Shown one piece after another: positions 1 to 13,275 of a stretch of DNA of 64,000 nucleotides; positions within the stretch are counted from its first letter, which is position 1; every line of letters starts with the position of its first letter. This DNA is from Podarcis pityusensis (taxonomy: Eukaryota), in the NCBI GenBank assembly GCA_964106645.2, contig OZ067048.1. The stretch is one strand, 5' to 3'. The position numbers and the translations under genes are program-made. Under the pieces are notes generated by a model, which was not told the origin of the DNA, did no database searches, and saw only the letters and a program-made list of their open reading frames with translations.

Positions 1-744
1 ATTATCTTAGGGGAAATAAGTTACATGTGTGTTTCAAGGTGGAAGATGATATTCTTAGGTGTATTTGATTATAATTACAAGAGTATGAATTCACTTAAAG
101 CTGCAGAGGTTCTGCTTTTTAGTAGATGTATGCGTTTGCCATTCATGTCATAATTATCTGTAATGGAGAAAAATAGTGATTTGCAGTGCTTGAGATGAAA
201 AATGTATGAGTGAAAGAACACATTTATCTTTGTAGGATGTGCCTGGTCTATTTACAAAAAGACGCAGATGTGAAATTTGCTTCAATAATTAGATTTTTAA
301 TTAGTATATCATAAGATAGATAGATTATTGCCCTGGATGGAATTAGGAAATCCATGTATCAAATGGTGGTTCTAAATGGTCATCTTTTTTTCTGACATTT
401 TTATGTATTATAAATAAGACTGTTGTTCTGTATCAGATAAAATGTCAGTTTTAATAGTGTAATGTCATAGTGGCAGGTGGATTTCTTTGGGGATAATATC
501 TGCATTAAAATTGTGGTTATAATTAACCTTAATGCATTTTCTCCTGCTGATATATGGGATATAACTTGTTTAACATTCAGTGTGTGTATAATTCTAGGTA
601 TAATGTGGTATAATTCTAGGGGTTTTCCCCCTCCCCTGAATTCAGAACGCCTATCACAAGATAGTAATTCTGAGTTAAATAGAGGGTTGGGATGCTACAT
701 ATTTGAACCATTTGTACTTTAAGTATTCTCTTCTCTTTCTACAG

Positions 745-833
745 TTGCCGGACAAGTAACCGAAAAAGTTTGATATGCAATGGACAGTCCCCAGCTATGC
801 CCCGGCCCCATTCGCCACTTTCAGCTCATGCAG
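745..833 (+). CDS. MAST4: MAST4 coding exon (window exon 1) [29 protein letters not shown]
   Basis: ctttctacag acceptor, G|gtaaat donor; 89 nt, phase 2/1. Confidence 0.93.
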
Positions 834-3319
834 GTAAATTCCACTGTTTCCATAGACTTAAGAGAGAAATCTTGTAGTGTGATTATATAACATGACTGGA
901 TTGGGGTATCCTAGCACTTCCAATGATCACCGTAGAACCAAGATTAGAATGAAAGTTTGAAATTGTAGTTTTTAATGCTGGTTTAAACACATTAATGGTA
1001 AGTTTTAGCAGCAGCAACCCCAGAAAATTCCTTAGGTAACAAAGTTCAGAGGAAATAAAAAGCTATTTGCCTGGTGCTCAGACCAGACAAATTTCATTAA
1101 AAAGGTGCTACAACAGAGAAGGCCATCCCTCTGGTCCTTGCCCACCTCATTTCAAATAGCAGAGACACTGAAAATTATTTGCAGATTAATGCTGTACATA
1201 GACAGGTTGATGAGTAAACTAATCTTTCTCTAGATCCTCAGTCTTGACAGTGTTTCACGGGAAAAAACACCAGCATGTGGGGATGGGGGTGGGAATAAAG
1301 GTATCATCAGGTTGTGGATCTGACATTTTCACAAAAAACCTTTTGGTTTTAAGTGATTTTCAATTTGCATTTGTATAGGAAAAAGATTCTACATAGCTGA
1401 TCGCACGCATAATATCTGATCACAAATATATATTCATTTCCATTCACAGTTAGTGCCTAAATAATTGATACTGGTTCCTAAAATGGAACTGTTTTTCCAG
1501 CTCTGGGTTGAAAACTTCATGTACATAAAATGCTCAGTTCACACAATTCAAATGAAAGAAATGAGAGACAGCAGTGTCATACAGAAATACATTTAAGCAA
1601 AGAATGGAGTCTTTAAGCATTAACATAAAACATGAGGACAGAAGAAGAGACAAGAAAATAACAATATGGTTGTAATTTTAAAGCAATTGTACTATGACAG
1701 AACTTCTATGAAACATGAATACTTGATAAGTTACACATTGATTTCACTGCAAATCTTACTAAAGTTTACCAAATCAAAATGCCTATACAACAAAATTATA
1801 TACCAGAAATATATTTACAGTTCGGGAACTGTCATTTTCCAGTCCTGATTTTATGCTTTTTTTTTCATTAGGAGACATAATATAGACCAACTGAAATATG
1901 TAATACAAATAAATTGTAGTACTGTACTGACAGCCACCAACATTTCTGTAGGTTCAAATTTTCCCAAAGACTCTTTCCCAGGGACTTGTTTGGAGACATT
2001 GAATTAAAAGTTTTCTTCAAAGCAAGCCTGCTGCTAGTGCCACAAGGCCACTTAGTGAAAAATTAACATTTTCCTTTCAGAAAGTACATGTTCTGATAGA
2101 TAACCAGATATAAGAGATAGGAAACTTTCCTGTAGTGAGTTCTGTTATCTTCTGGGATCATCTACATTTAATCAAGCTCAGCTTGATTATTCTCAAACCT
2201 TTTCCCACATAAATCATCTGGCAGTTTCTTGGAAAATTATTTTTCTGCCATCTGCAGCATAGTTACATTCTAGGGTGTCAAAACAGAGACGATAGCTTCC
2301 TGGATAGTTGCCTGAATTATAAAATTTGCCAGATTACTACAAACTAATAAATTTGAGTAGTTACTAGTATATTTTATAGCTATGATGATAAATGCGGATA
2401 GGCATTAAAGAGAGTTGTCAAGTGGTAACAACAAGATTTCTAACTGATCCTGTGTATAATCTAAAAGATCAGTTATTATTAATCTCCCTTAGTACCGTCT
2501 GTGTATCAAAACACTTGTTCCAGGCACTAAAGCACAGCAATAATCTATAGTCAGTGCAATAGTTGCTCTCTCAGAGTTCTTCAGGATTTCTGAAGCTCTT
2601 CATTCTGAATATATTCACATAATGCAACATGTATGCAACACAGCTCCTAATATATTGCCATTAAATTCAGTATTTTGAAATACTGATTACTCGCTCTCAG
2701 TGTTTGCCTCTCCCTGGAGATTGTAGTGTTAATTATATAATGCCTGACCCTACCAATCAGGTTTACTTTATCTGGCCAGAAACGTCAGTAGTAGTCTTGA
2801 CAGCAAATGATATGTGTGAAAGCTGAAACAGCCAGCAAAATCCCTGAGAACAGCAGGATTTGAGTAATAAGGAAGCAGTGCACATATGGGCAGAGAATTA
2901 ACTGGCACTGGTTGTCATTTGAAAGCCTCTCAGGTATTGACTTGCAGATAGGTGGATGAGTACTGAGAGAAATGCTGTGAGCGATGAAGGTCATAGATGA
3001 GATTCCAGTTGCTTTTCTGAAATGCCACGCCTTAAATCGTGGCAGCAGTATGATTCCTATTCCTATTGTCTCTGGGTTTTCTTGCCCTCTGTTTGAGTTA
3101 TTTGAATACTTAAATGAGTCGGCTGTGCAACATGCTGTGAACTCTTTGCATCTAAATATTGAGTTTAGTGACTGGCAAAGGCAATAAAGTTTTAAAAGAA
3201 AATCAATATATTCAGCAAAAGCAAACCTTCAGCTGTAGGGATGTGTGTTCTTCCAAGCATCTTCCTCATAAGATTTCTGCTTAAAATCTATTTGCCCCAA
3301 GAGTTCAAGACAAGATTTT

Positions 3320-3540
3320 CTAGTAAAGTGTGGGCTGTTGTTACCAACTTTTCCCTTCAGGGGTGGGCCCCCAGTTAGGATGGTCAAACCCCCAAAACTT
3401 ACGGATTCTGATGGATTCCTGACCATTCTGGGGGATTTTCTGGTGGATAAAGCTGGTGATCCTTCTGAGGCTCTCATCTTGCTGTGAAATGGCATGATGC
3501 AAAGGGCCGTAAGTACAGTCACACCTGAGTGTCCTCTCTG
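3320..3540 (+). mobile_element. Degenerate L2-type LINE fragment
   Basis: Aligns by eye with the reverse complement of 41640-41830 (atggattcctga...ctgggggatttt.tggtggata); boundaries approximate. Confidence 0.6.
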
Positions 3541-5185
3541 AGAATGTAGAACACATTCTCTGCCCCTGGTATACTGGGGAGAGATGTGCTATGAAACAGG
3601 CTGGACAATGTAGAATACAGGTGGTGAATGCACTGCTATGAAGAAAACCAAATGTGTGTAGGAGCACATAACCATGTGGGCAGTGAGCAGGGCCAACTTT
3701 GCTGCTTCCATCACTTCATTGCGTAATCAGCCATTAAGAGCCCTTCAGGGTGGACCATAGAGTGTTGACACCAAATTGGTTAATGGAGCCCGGAACACCT
3801 CTGAGATTTGCTTTGATGACCAAAATTAATCGCAAGGAATGACTATAATAGAATAATTATACAGTAGTTGAATAATTAACATTTTCTAGTAGAACTCTAG
3901 TGTTTATTATGACCACTGGTTAATCACTGTTTAAGCATCTGCAGTGCATTACTCTTTAGTACACACACTGGATAATTATTTGCTACCTTTAAAACTAAAT
4001 AATGTTGTCAAATAGAAAAAGACAAACCTTGTGTGCAATAACTCAACTTTATTCCCTTGAACAGTGTAATCTTGTTTCTATATATTGGACTGTGTGCTTA
4101 TCAAAAACTTAGTGGGTTGTGTGTTTCTCTAGAAAGAGGATTATGTATTCCTTGACAGACACCACTGCTCATAAAAAGAACATTCTTGCTTGTGTCGCCT
4201 TTACGTTTCCCCTGTAGACAGACCACATGCTCTAATTATGCATGCTGAGAGGCAGGCTGGGATAGTGGTGAACTTTCCCTCAACAGCTGCCTGCCAAGCT
4301 TTCTCAGTGTTCAGCAGCAGGTTGAGTGGTCTAATGTGAGAAAGTAACAAGGCCCCAAAGGAAATGTTCTCTTCACAATGAGCAGTCACATCTTCATATC
4401 ATTTAAGATCACCTCCCAATGCCTTGGTCTTACCAGTCCTGGGAATAACTTTCTATCTAATTTTCATGGTTTGCTTGTTGGCATATAGAATGGTTTTTAA
4501 GGGGGGGGCCAAGGAAAATGTTGAGAGATAGTATTTTTAAACTGTGGATATCAGTGTTTATTGCAAGTGTCCTTAAATGCTGATATATTGAGAACAGATA
4601 TACACATATTTTATATACTTTTTTAAAAAAGTAGAGTTTCAGTCTTAATATCCCCCCCCTCCAAACAGAAATATTTTTGTAACTGTGGTGAACTAATTTT
4701 GGTTGAGATGATGTAATAATTGTTTTTGGTTTTTTGTCTTTTGTGTTCTTGTTTTGTATTTTATGTTATATATTATGTTTCTTTGTTATATTTAAATATT
4801 TAGATGAAGGATGGTATACAAATTCAATGAATAAAATAATAAATAAACAAATAAATAAATATTTAGAGAACCACAGATAGAAAGCAGGATGGAAGTTCAG
4901 AGTCTGGCTTCCATTTTAGATAATTATATTTTATTTATTTACTTTATATGCCACTCCATAACAAAAGCAGTCAGTGCAGCACCAGGCAAGCCAATGTATA
5001 TGGCTCGAATAGAACTTGAAGGTTACACTATCTGACCAACTTTGTCATTAAGCACGATACGCATTAAGAGCTATACAAACAAATGATAATCAGAGTAAAA
5101 TAGGTTTCTGAGGATTTTCACTGAGTCTTACTATGATCATATGCCACTTTAAATAATTTTCTTACTTTCTTCTGTTTCTCACCAG

Positions 5186-5255
5186 GGAGCAGTCCTCAAG
5201 ATAGCCCTAGAAATTTTTCTCCTAGTGCCTCAGCCCACTTTTCTTTTGCACGAAG
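5186..5255 (+). CDS. MAST4: MAST4 exon 2 GSSPQDSPRNFSPSASAHFSFAR
   Basis: ttctcaccag acceptor, AG|gtagga donor; 70 nt, phase 1/2. Confidence 0.93.
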
Positions 5256-5593
5256 GTAGGATGGGTTTGTGTGTATTTGATGTGTCATAATTAATAGTTG
5301 GGAATCATGCTCCGCTTTGCATTTATGCATTTATAATATGCTGGTGGAGGTAAGAAACACCAATATATGTTGCATTAAAATGCAATTCAATTTATAATAG
5401 TCTTCACAACTTGCTTCTTGATACTGCTAATTTCTTGCAATATCTAAAGTTCATTCATATAAGAACCAGGATTACCACCTCTTTCCCTTCCTTCATAGTA
5501 ATTTAATTTAATTTAATTAATTTTAAAAAGACTAGAAAACAGCAGCTTGTAATCCAGCCTTTGCAAAACTGTACTAGTGAATTATAGGAGCCC

Positions 5594-5725
5594 AGAATTG
5601 TAGAGTTGGAAAGGACCTTGAGGGTCATCTAGTTCAATCCTCTGCAATGCAGGAATCTCACCTTGATCAGATGGCCATACAACCTCTGCTTAAAAACCTC
5701 CAAGGAAGGAGTGTCCATGACTTCT
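5594..5725 (-). mobile_element. CR1 LINE 3' end fragment
   Basis: agaattgtagagttggaaaggaccttgagggtcatctagttcaa is the reverse of a typical CR1 3' tail. Confidence 0.7.
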
Positions 5726-7779
5726 CATGATAGGTATCAGTACATTCTAAAACCTTCCACTCATAAATTGGTATGTGCTATTTAATGCGGCATCTTGAGA
5801 GAGAGTCCTTTGACTTCAAACTAGCTCTTCCACAACTGTAATGATACGTGTGTTGTTATGGGAAATACTGAAGGAGTTATCTACCTCAGTGATTTCCAAA
5901 ACCAGTTTCCTACTACACTGAAAGGAGCCAACTGGGGTGGAGTACAGTATGGGAATCTGTCAAAAGAGATTGTCACTACATTGTCATTCTGCAGAACTAT
6001 TAATTAAGCCACAATGCTGTGTAGTGAGTCACCCAGAGAAGAGCTGCCATTGTTGATTAGGGTGACTCTACTGATGAAGATGCCCCTAGCAGAACGAAAC
6101 CCAGAAAATAAGACAGAGTGAAAGTTGTGTTAGAAGAAGAGTGGATCCTGCCTCATCTGGCATAGGTTAGAATGTAAAAGAACCAATGAATGCCCTGAAG
6201 AGAGTGCTAGGTTTTGTCTACCCAGGAATTAATTTTTTAATTTTTGTATAGTTTTTGGAAGATGCATTTGTGATTGTATAGTACTACTGCATCAGTATAA
6301 GTGATCTGTTGGTCACCTGAAGTATTTGACTAATCCGAAGCATAGGATTACATTTACTTGTGAATACATTGCGGGTTGGTTAATGGCTACTCAGCTGTAT
6401 CAGAAAATGAACCCATTCTATATAAAGGAAACTAGTGGTTTCTAAAAAATTGTTATCTGAAGCATGCACAGATAACCAGTGTAGCTGATATGTAGCTTGA
6501 GGTTCAAATGCTACACCTTCCTCCCCACCTGTCTCGGCACCCATAAATAGATGTGAAAATAACATTAAAACTGGAATGTTCGAACATGATAATTGTCAAA
6601 TGCTGGACAATGACCCCACGTTCTCTAGTGGATTCAGTAACCTGGGTAAGAAATACCTCTTCTCCAAATAACTGCAGTCTCCTGCAGTTTTTGCCTATGA
6701 TCCTTTCTCTTTTTTCGGTGAAGAAAGCCACAAACCTGAATACAATTCCATTTGTCATGGCCTTATAGAAATCATAGAAGTATTACTGTTGGGAGAGACA
6801 GATGCATAAAATGTTACATCTTGATTATATACAGATTTATTTGAAAATTACGATTGATTTATCTTGCAGTTTCTATTCTTTCAACATTTTCTTTAAGGAT
6901 ATACTATTCCTTCCCAATTTATTTTCCATCTTCTTTTCATATTTGTTCAGAAACATAAACCACTACTATGTATTTCAGAATAGCTGATTGAAATCTAATT
7001 TACATTGTGTGCCAGTTTTATACACTAGAGGAAATACCAATAGGAAAAAAATAGATCTGTAGCATAATAAATTGCATTGATTCTCTGAGTTGTAACTGTT
7101 ACCATGAGCAAAATTCAAAGCCAGGAATGCAGGAGTTACCCCTTCTTCTATTCGTATATAGGAATTTCCCATTGTAAGACTAAGTTTTGCCTTGCTCATA
7201 GAATAAAACAGAGGATCTTATGCACATGTGTGCATGTGTGGGTTGAAAGCCCAACCCAAGAGTTTTGGGAATGAAAAGTTCATCCTAACTTTGCTGATTT
7301 AAAAGAACTGTGCATCTCAAAAATCTGAAAAAAGTCTTATCTTACTACTGTCATTACGTGTTTAGGATATGTGCTTTAAATATTAAACATTATATATTTG
7401 TGTTCATAGAAGTGTTTCTCCCTGAATCACTACTTTCGCAACAATCTATTTTTCAGTGAGGAATTAATCTGTTCTTTAGCAAGAGGTTCTCATCCCCCCG
7501 CCTTCTAGATTAGAGCAAGTCTTACACAATGCATTTTCTTCATTGCTTTGTTTTCAAAGCTTAATGAGCATGCTAGAAGTGGCAAAGTGCCATTATACCA
7601 GCACTCCCTTCCTATTTACCCCTCTGCAATATGAGTGAAATTGTCATCACTCTAGCTGACTGCTATGCATATAGTAAGGATCCTGAAATACATGTGAGGA
7701 TACATCACAATATGAGACTTAGTTTTCACACCATGCAAGTGAAAGTTGGCAGAGCAAAAAACATAGTATGGTAACATGA

Positions 7780-7990
7780 AAGGGGTGTCTGTCTAGTTCA
7801 CAAGACCATCAGTGGTCCATTAACTTCATTTAGATGGTCTTTGGCATGCTTGTAAAGATACAATTAAAAACATTACAACATCTATCACAGCACATTACAA
7901 TTGCTCCAACAACTAGAAAAATCATTAAGTGGTCCACCAAGACCCTCAGCAACCAAGTGGTCCACAGGGGGGAAAAATGGGAACTACTGA
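7780..7990 (+). mobile_element. Old hAT-like non-autonomous element, same family as 44121-44745
   Basis: Shares caattaaaaa...catcta.cacagcacattacaattgct with 44611-44656; boundaries approximate. Confidence 0.55.
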
Positions 7991-8328
7991 TCTATTCAAC
8001 ACAGCAGTTTTCTTTAAAACCAACAAATTTCTAATAAGCAAATGTTCATACATCCTATTACTGAATGGATGCCACTGGTTGCTCTTCTGGCCTTCTCTGG
8101 AAACGTAGCAAGACTGGCATCTCACTATTTCTTCAGGGGAAATAGGACTTCATGGGACGTCCACTTTAGAAGTCACCTTGGTCTGACACCACTTTGCTAT
8201 AGCATTATGAAAAAAATCACCAACAGGGTGTTTGTGTAAATAGAAGCAGGTCGTTGCATTTACCAAAGTTGAGTAAAAGATAGAGATGGGCTTTGGATAA
8301 ACAACAAAGTTGCATCATTAAGTTATGT

Positions 8329-8464
8329 CAGGGATGGAGAACCTGAGGCTCTCCTTATGTTGGATGCCCAACTCCCATCACCCCCAGCTGCCTTGGTTAT
8401 TGATCAGGGATTATGTGAGTTGTAACCTGACAAAATCTGGAGCACCACAGATCCCCCACCCCAG
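8329..8464. mobile_element. Old 136-bp palindromic hAT MITE
   Basis: CAGGGATGGAGAACCTG left end, degenerate inverted right end, flanks AGTTATGT/AGTTGTGT (8-bp TSD with one mismatch). Confidence 0.65.
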
Positions 8465-8644
8465 AGTTGTGTTTCTTTTTACATCTGTTGTAAAATTGGA
8501 AGATCTTTTGCAAAATGCCATGCAGGGTACATCCCCATATATTTTGAAGCTGTCTATGCTGATTGTCATGCACTTATATTTAGAAAGTTGTTGTTCTACT
8601 TCTTCATTTGTTTTTTAAATATACTTTGCACAATTATAATGCAG

Positions 8645-8665
8645 TCATGGGCATCGAAACGAGAG
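8645..8665 (+). CDS. MAST4: Putative alternative 21-nt microexon of MAST4 (reads S-H-G-H-R-N-E-R)
   Basis: T-rich tract then aatgcag acceptor, GAG|gtaact donor; phase 2/2 and frame-preserving; the peptide resembles the SH(S/G)HR-x-DR insert I recall at the same position in paralog MAST2. Confidence 0.75.
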
Positions 8666-9512
8666 GTAACTGACACAAAAACTTACTACTCTCTTTTTAT
8701 GGTTTGTTAATTTGATTGTAAATTTCTGACTAGGATTGCCAACTGCCTAGAAACAAACCAGCCAAGCCAGGGTTTTTCCTTTTTCTCAGAACAGTGTTGA
8801 TAAAGTGGGGCGGGGAAAGCTGATCTCCCCACTATTAGTTAAGCAGCACTGTGTAACCTTATTGCATAGACGGGTCACAAAAATGTAAAAGGCTCTCATT
8901 CACCACTGGAGCCCAGGAAGACAGCATTGAAGGAGCTCTCTTCACCATTGTGCTGGGAAGCTTACCTGCTTTGCCCCGGCACTGATTAGCAATCACAAAG
9001 CTATCGGTTGTGTTGGATGCAGACAGTGCATATCATGTGTATGTTATTTTCTACTTTTGTCTGTGAAACAGTTGTAGTCTCCTGTTAGACATGGATGGTA
9101 GTGCTGTAGCAGAGGAATTATAAACACAGGCACTAACTGCACATGTTACATGAGCAGAGAATTTAGGCCTCATCCAGCTGAAAATTTGAGTTGGCAGTCC
9201 TATGTCTGAATGTGGATTACATGTAGCAGAATTTGAAATTGTCCTACATCGTAAATGTTTTGTTCTACCAAAATTTATAATTTTATGAAAATGTTTAGTT
9301 TTGCAAGTCAAGCTGCTGTAATTCTTTGTGCATTTTAGATACATTTCCATGTACATTCCATTTTCTAGCCTGTCATTGTTGTGCATCGGTCTCTCCTCCA
9401 TCCTGTTCCTGTTTAGCATTGTCTTTAACCGATATCCTAAAACATCCCATTCACAGCGGGATTATTTCATGTGCTTTTTAAAAAAGTGCCTTGTAAAAAC
9501 GCTTGCTTATGA

Positions 9513-9725
<213 letters not shown>

Positions 9726-10744
9726 TAAAGAAATAAATAGCTGCTGCTTGTAATATATTCTCAGATTCAGCCCTTGTAAGATTTTTAACAATAATGTAGA
9801 ATTCTACTAGTATCTACAGTAGGGGTAGGGTTATAGGGAGATAGGGGGAGGCTCTATCCCAGCAATACCATCTATTAACATTTTAAAGGATTTTGATTGG
9901 ATCGCCCACCCCACTATGCTTGTCAAAATATTTACTATTTTAACTTTTTCTGGCAATGAGTCCCCCCCCCTTCCTCATAATTCATACAATAGATGCTGTC
10001 TGCTGAACTTGAATGAAAAAAATTAAGTGCAGTGCTTGAAAACAGTTACAGGCATGCTAGCTAATAAGTAATTGTTAAGGCAGCCTCACTGACATAATAG
10101 AGAATTTGCACTGATCCTCTGCCCAAAAATGCTATTCAAGTATTTCTAACGAATACACTTTTTTTGTTTTTGTCCCTCCTTCAACAGGCACACTGTGTGT
10201 TATAACCACTGTTGAATTCCCTTCTTTCATATAATATACAGTACAACATGATAGTATATTTTATATATGCCAGAAGGTACTTTGTATCCTCCCATAACTC
10301 ATTTTCACTTTGAAATTTTTATTTAGCAGGATTCCATGCATCGCTTAGCTATAATACAAATAGTTATTTTTCCCGTTACACAGTTTGGGGCCCATTTCCA
10401 TTGGAGTAAATCCATGTTCTATTGAAGCCAATCATATTCACTGCAAGATAGGTTTGGATGCCTGAATAATTACATATTCATATCTTGATAGGTACAACCT
10501 GGCTCTTCATAGTAATTTTTAAGATTAGGTGACGTTTAGATAGCTATAAGAAAATACGAACCACAGTTAATCTACTGGTAGGTTGTTAAGAGATCACAGC
10601 ATAAATTGTCATATTCTGTTATTGTTTTAAACCTTCTGGAAAATAGTTTCATGTAAACTGTTATGTTGCGAAAATTAAGAAAAAGCCTTTGAACTATCTG
10701 TCATTGGGAAGATGGCTCTGAATAATAAACATAGATAAAATAAA

Positions 10745-12489
10745 AACTGACAAATTGCCAACTGGGCCCAGATGGCATTCGCCAGAGAGTTCTCAAAGAA
10801 CTCAAATGTAAAATGGCTGATCTTCCAACAGAAATATGTAACTTGTCACTCAGATTAGCCTTCATACCAGAGGACTGGAAAGCAGCCAATATAACACCAA
10901 TTTTAAAAAAGGCATCTAGGGAGATCCTGGAAATTACAGGCCAATTTGCTTAACGTCTGGCCTGGGAAAACTAGCAGAAAGTATTTTTAAAGATAAGCTA
11001 ACCAAGCATATAGAAGAACAAGCCTTGCTGAAGCAGAGCTGGCATGGCTTCTGCAAGGGGAAGACCAGTTTCATGAGCCTATTAGAGTTCTTTGAGATTG
11101 TGAACAAGCTCACAGGGGTGATCCAGTTGGCATAGCATACTTGGGCTTTCAAAAAGCTTTCAATTAGGTCCCTCACCAAAGTCTCCCGAGTAAGCTTAGC
11201 AGTCATTGACTAAGAGGAGAGGTCATCTTGTGGGTAATTAGCAGAAAACAGAGAGTAGGAATAAATGGGCAGTTCTCTGAATGGAGAAAGGGGAGCCCCC
11301 CAAGGACTGGTATTGGGACTTGTGCATTTTAACTTGTTTATAAATGAATTGAAGTTAGGGGTGAACAGTGAGGTAGCCAAGCATGCTGCTGATATTGTTC
11401 GGGTTTGTTAAAGCAAAAAAGAGATTGTGAAACGCTCCAACAGAAATGAATGGACAGTAAAACGGCAAATGCAGTTCAGTGCAAACAAGTGTAAAGTGAT
11501 GCAAAACATTCTAATTTCACACACACACATATATGCTCATGTAGTCTGAACTTGTAGTGACTGACCATGAATGAGACCTTGAGGTTGTAGTGGACAGCTC
11601 AATAAAGTTGTAGTTCCAGAGTGTGGCAGCTGTGAAGAAGCATTATGACAATCTCATAATGCTGTTATACAAATCTGTAGTGTGACCACAATTGAAATAC
11701 TTTATACAGTTCTGGTCTCCAAACCTCAGGAAGAATATTATAGAGTGGGAAAAGATTCAGAAAAGGGCATCCAAAGTGATTGAAGAGATGGAACAATTCT
11801 CCTATGAGGAAAGGTTGTAGCATTTGGAACTTTTTAGTTTAGAGAAAATGCAAATAGGAGGTGACATGAGAAAAGCTTATCAGATTATGTATAACATGGA
11901 GGAAATAGGTAGAGAAAAACATTTCTGCCTCCTTCTTATTAAACCAGAACTTATGAACCTCTAGTGAAGCTGAATATTGGGAGATTCAGGACAGATAAAG
12001 GAAAGCGTTTATTCACACAGTGCACAGTTAAACTGTGGACCTATGGGCACCAACTTAGATGGCTTTAAAAGAGGATTAGATAAATTCATGGAGGAGAAGG
12101 CTATCAGTGGCTATAAGTCGTGATGGTTATGCTTTACCACTTCTGTCATAGGCAATATGCCTCTGAAAACCAGTTGCTGGCAATTGTAGGTTGGCAGAGT
12201 GCTGTTGCGCTCAGGTCCTCCTTGCAGGCTACCCACAGGGAGTGGAGGACCTTGGGGTCTCAAATTTCAGCAGCGGCCTGTGCAACCCCCAGAATTGGCG
12301 TTCCCTACCTCTCATATTCCATTCTAAATCATAGTTGTGGCATTCTCAAGGCTCCAGGCCTAGTGTGACCAAACCAGTCACACTCCCCTAAATCTGCCAC
12401 AGCCTTGTGGTTGGCCACTACGTGAACAGGATGCTGGACTATAAGGGCCAATGACCTGATCCAGCATGACTCTTCTCACACTTCTTAAC
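10745..12489 (+). mobile_element. 5'-truncated CR1 LINE (decayed RT region and 3' UTR)
   Basis: Decayed GPDGI..RVLKEL, PEDWKAANITPI.KK..GDPGNYRP motifs; CR1-type 3' tail ggatgctggact...gatccagca..ctcttct; many frameshifts. Confidence 0.88.
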
Positions 12490-12625
12490 CAGGCATAGGC
12501 AAACTTGGTCCTTCAGATATTTTGGGACTACAATTCCCATCATCCCTGACCACTGGTCCTGTTAGCTAGGGATGATGGGAGTTGTAGTCCCAAAACATCT
12601 GGAGGGCCAAGTTTGCCTATGCCTA
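12490..12625. mobile_element. 136-bp palindromic hAT MITE with perfect 8-bp TSD
   Basis: TIRs CAGGCATAGGCAAACTTGG / CCAAGTTTGCCTATGCCTA; TTCTTAAC at 12482-12489 and 12626-12633. Confidence 0.92.
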
Positions 12626-13081
12626 TTCTTAACTGATCAATCTGAAGCTGTCAGCACAAATCACTTAACTTAAGGATTGTATGTGAGCATAGGTAAGGTA
12701 AAATTAATAGAAAACTCCTTTGCTCATTGCTTTTTCATCCTAGATTTTAAACAAAGTGGATAGCATTTCAAAAGAAAATCTATTCATAGTAATATTCAAG
12801 CAAGCAACTATTTTGGTCTTCAAGATTTATACAGATGTTTGCTTTGTGAATCTGAATAATTGACTCAACACATGCTTGGAGACTGGATAGGAAATTTCAG
12901 TAAGGCATTTCTCCAGAAAGGTGAAGTATTGCTGCCTCGGGATTTAGAAGCAGCAGCAACCTGTTAGAAGGAAACTAACTGTTCCTCCCCATCATGTGTT
13001 CCTTCTGCAAAGCAAATGTGCCTCTTTACTACACCAAAGTAAATATCCATGTAGGAAAGTGTATTAAGTGGAGTGATTCTG

Positions 13082-13275
13082 GAACACAGGAATATAGAAA
13101 GCTTCCTTATACCAAGCCAGTCCATCAAGCTTAGTAACGTTGACCCTCACTGACAGCAGCATTCGGAGGTTTCCAGTAGGAGTTATTCCCAGCTCTACAT
13201 GGAAAACACCAGGGGTTGAACCTGGGACTTTTCATATGCAAAGGATGTGCTCTACCACTGTGCTATAAGCCTTCC
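13082..13275 (-). mobile_element. Degenerate tRNA-derived squamate SINE (Squam3-like)
   Basis: Minus strand reads atagcacagtggtagagcacatcc...gtcccaggttcaaccc (A/B-box-like head) and ends in a ttcc-type tail. Confidence 0.65.

Noticed and set aside
6060-6125. CTGATGA...GAAAC motif resembling a second hammerhead ribozyme
   Set aside because: Helix II is only about 3 bp, there is no GUH cleavage triplet (GAC instead), and helix I is out of register. At most a decayed relic.
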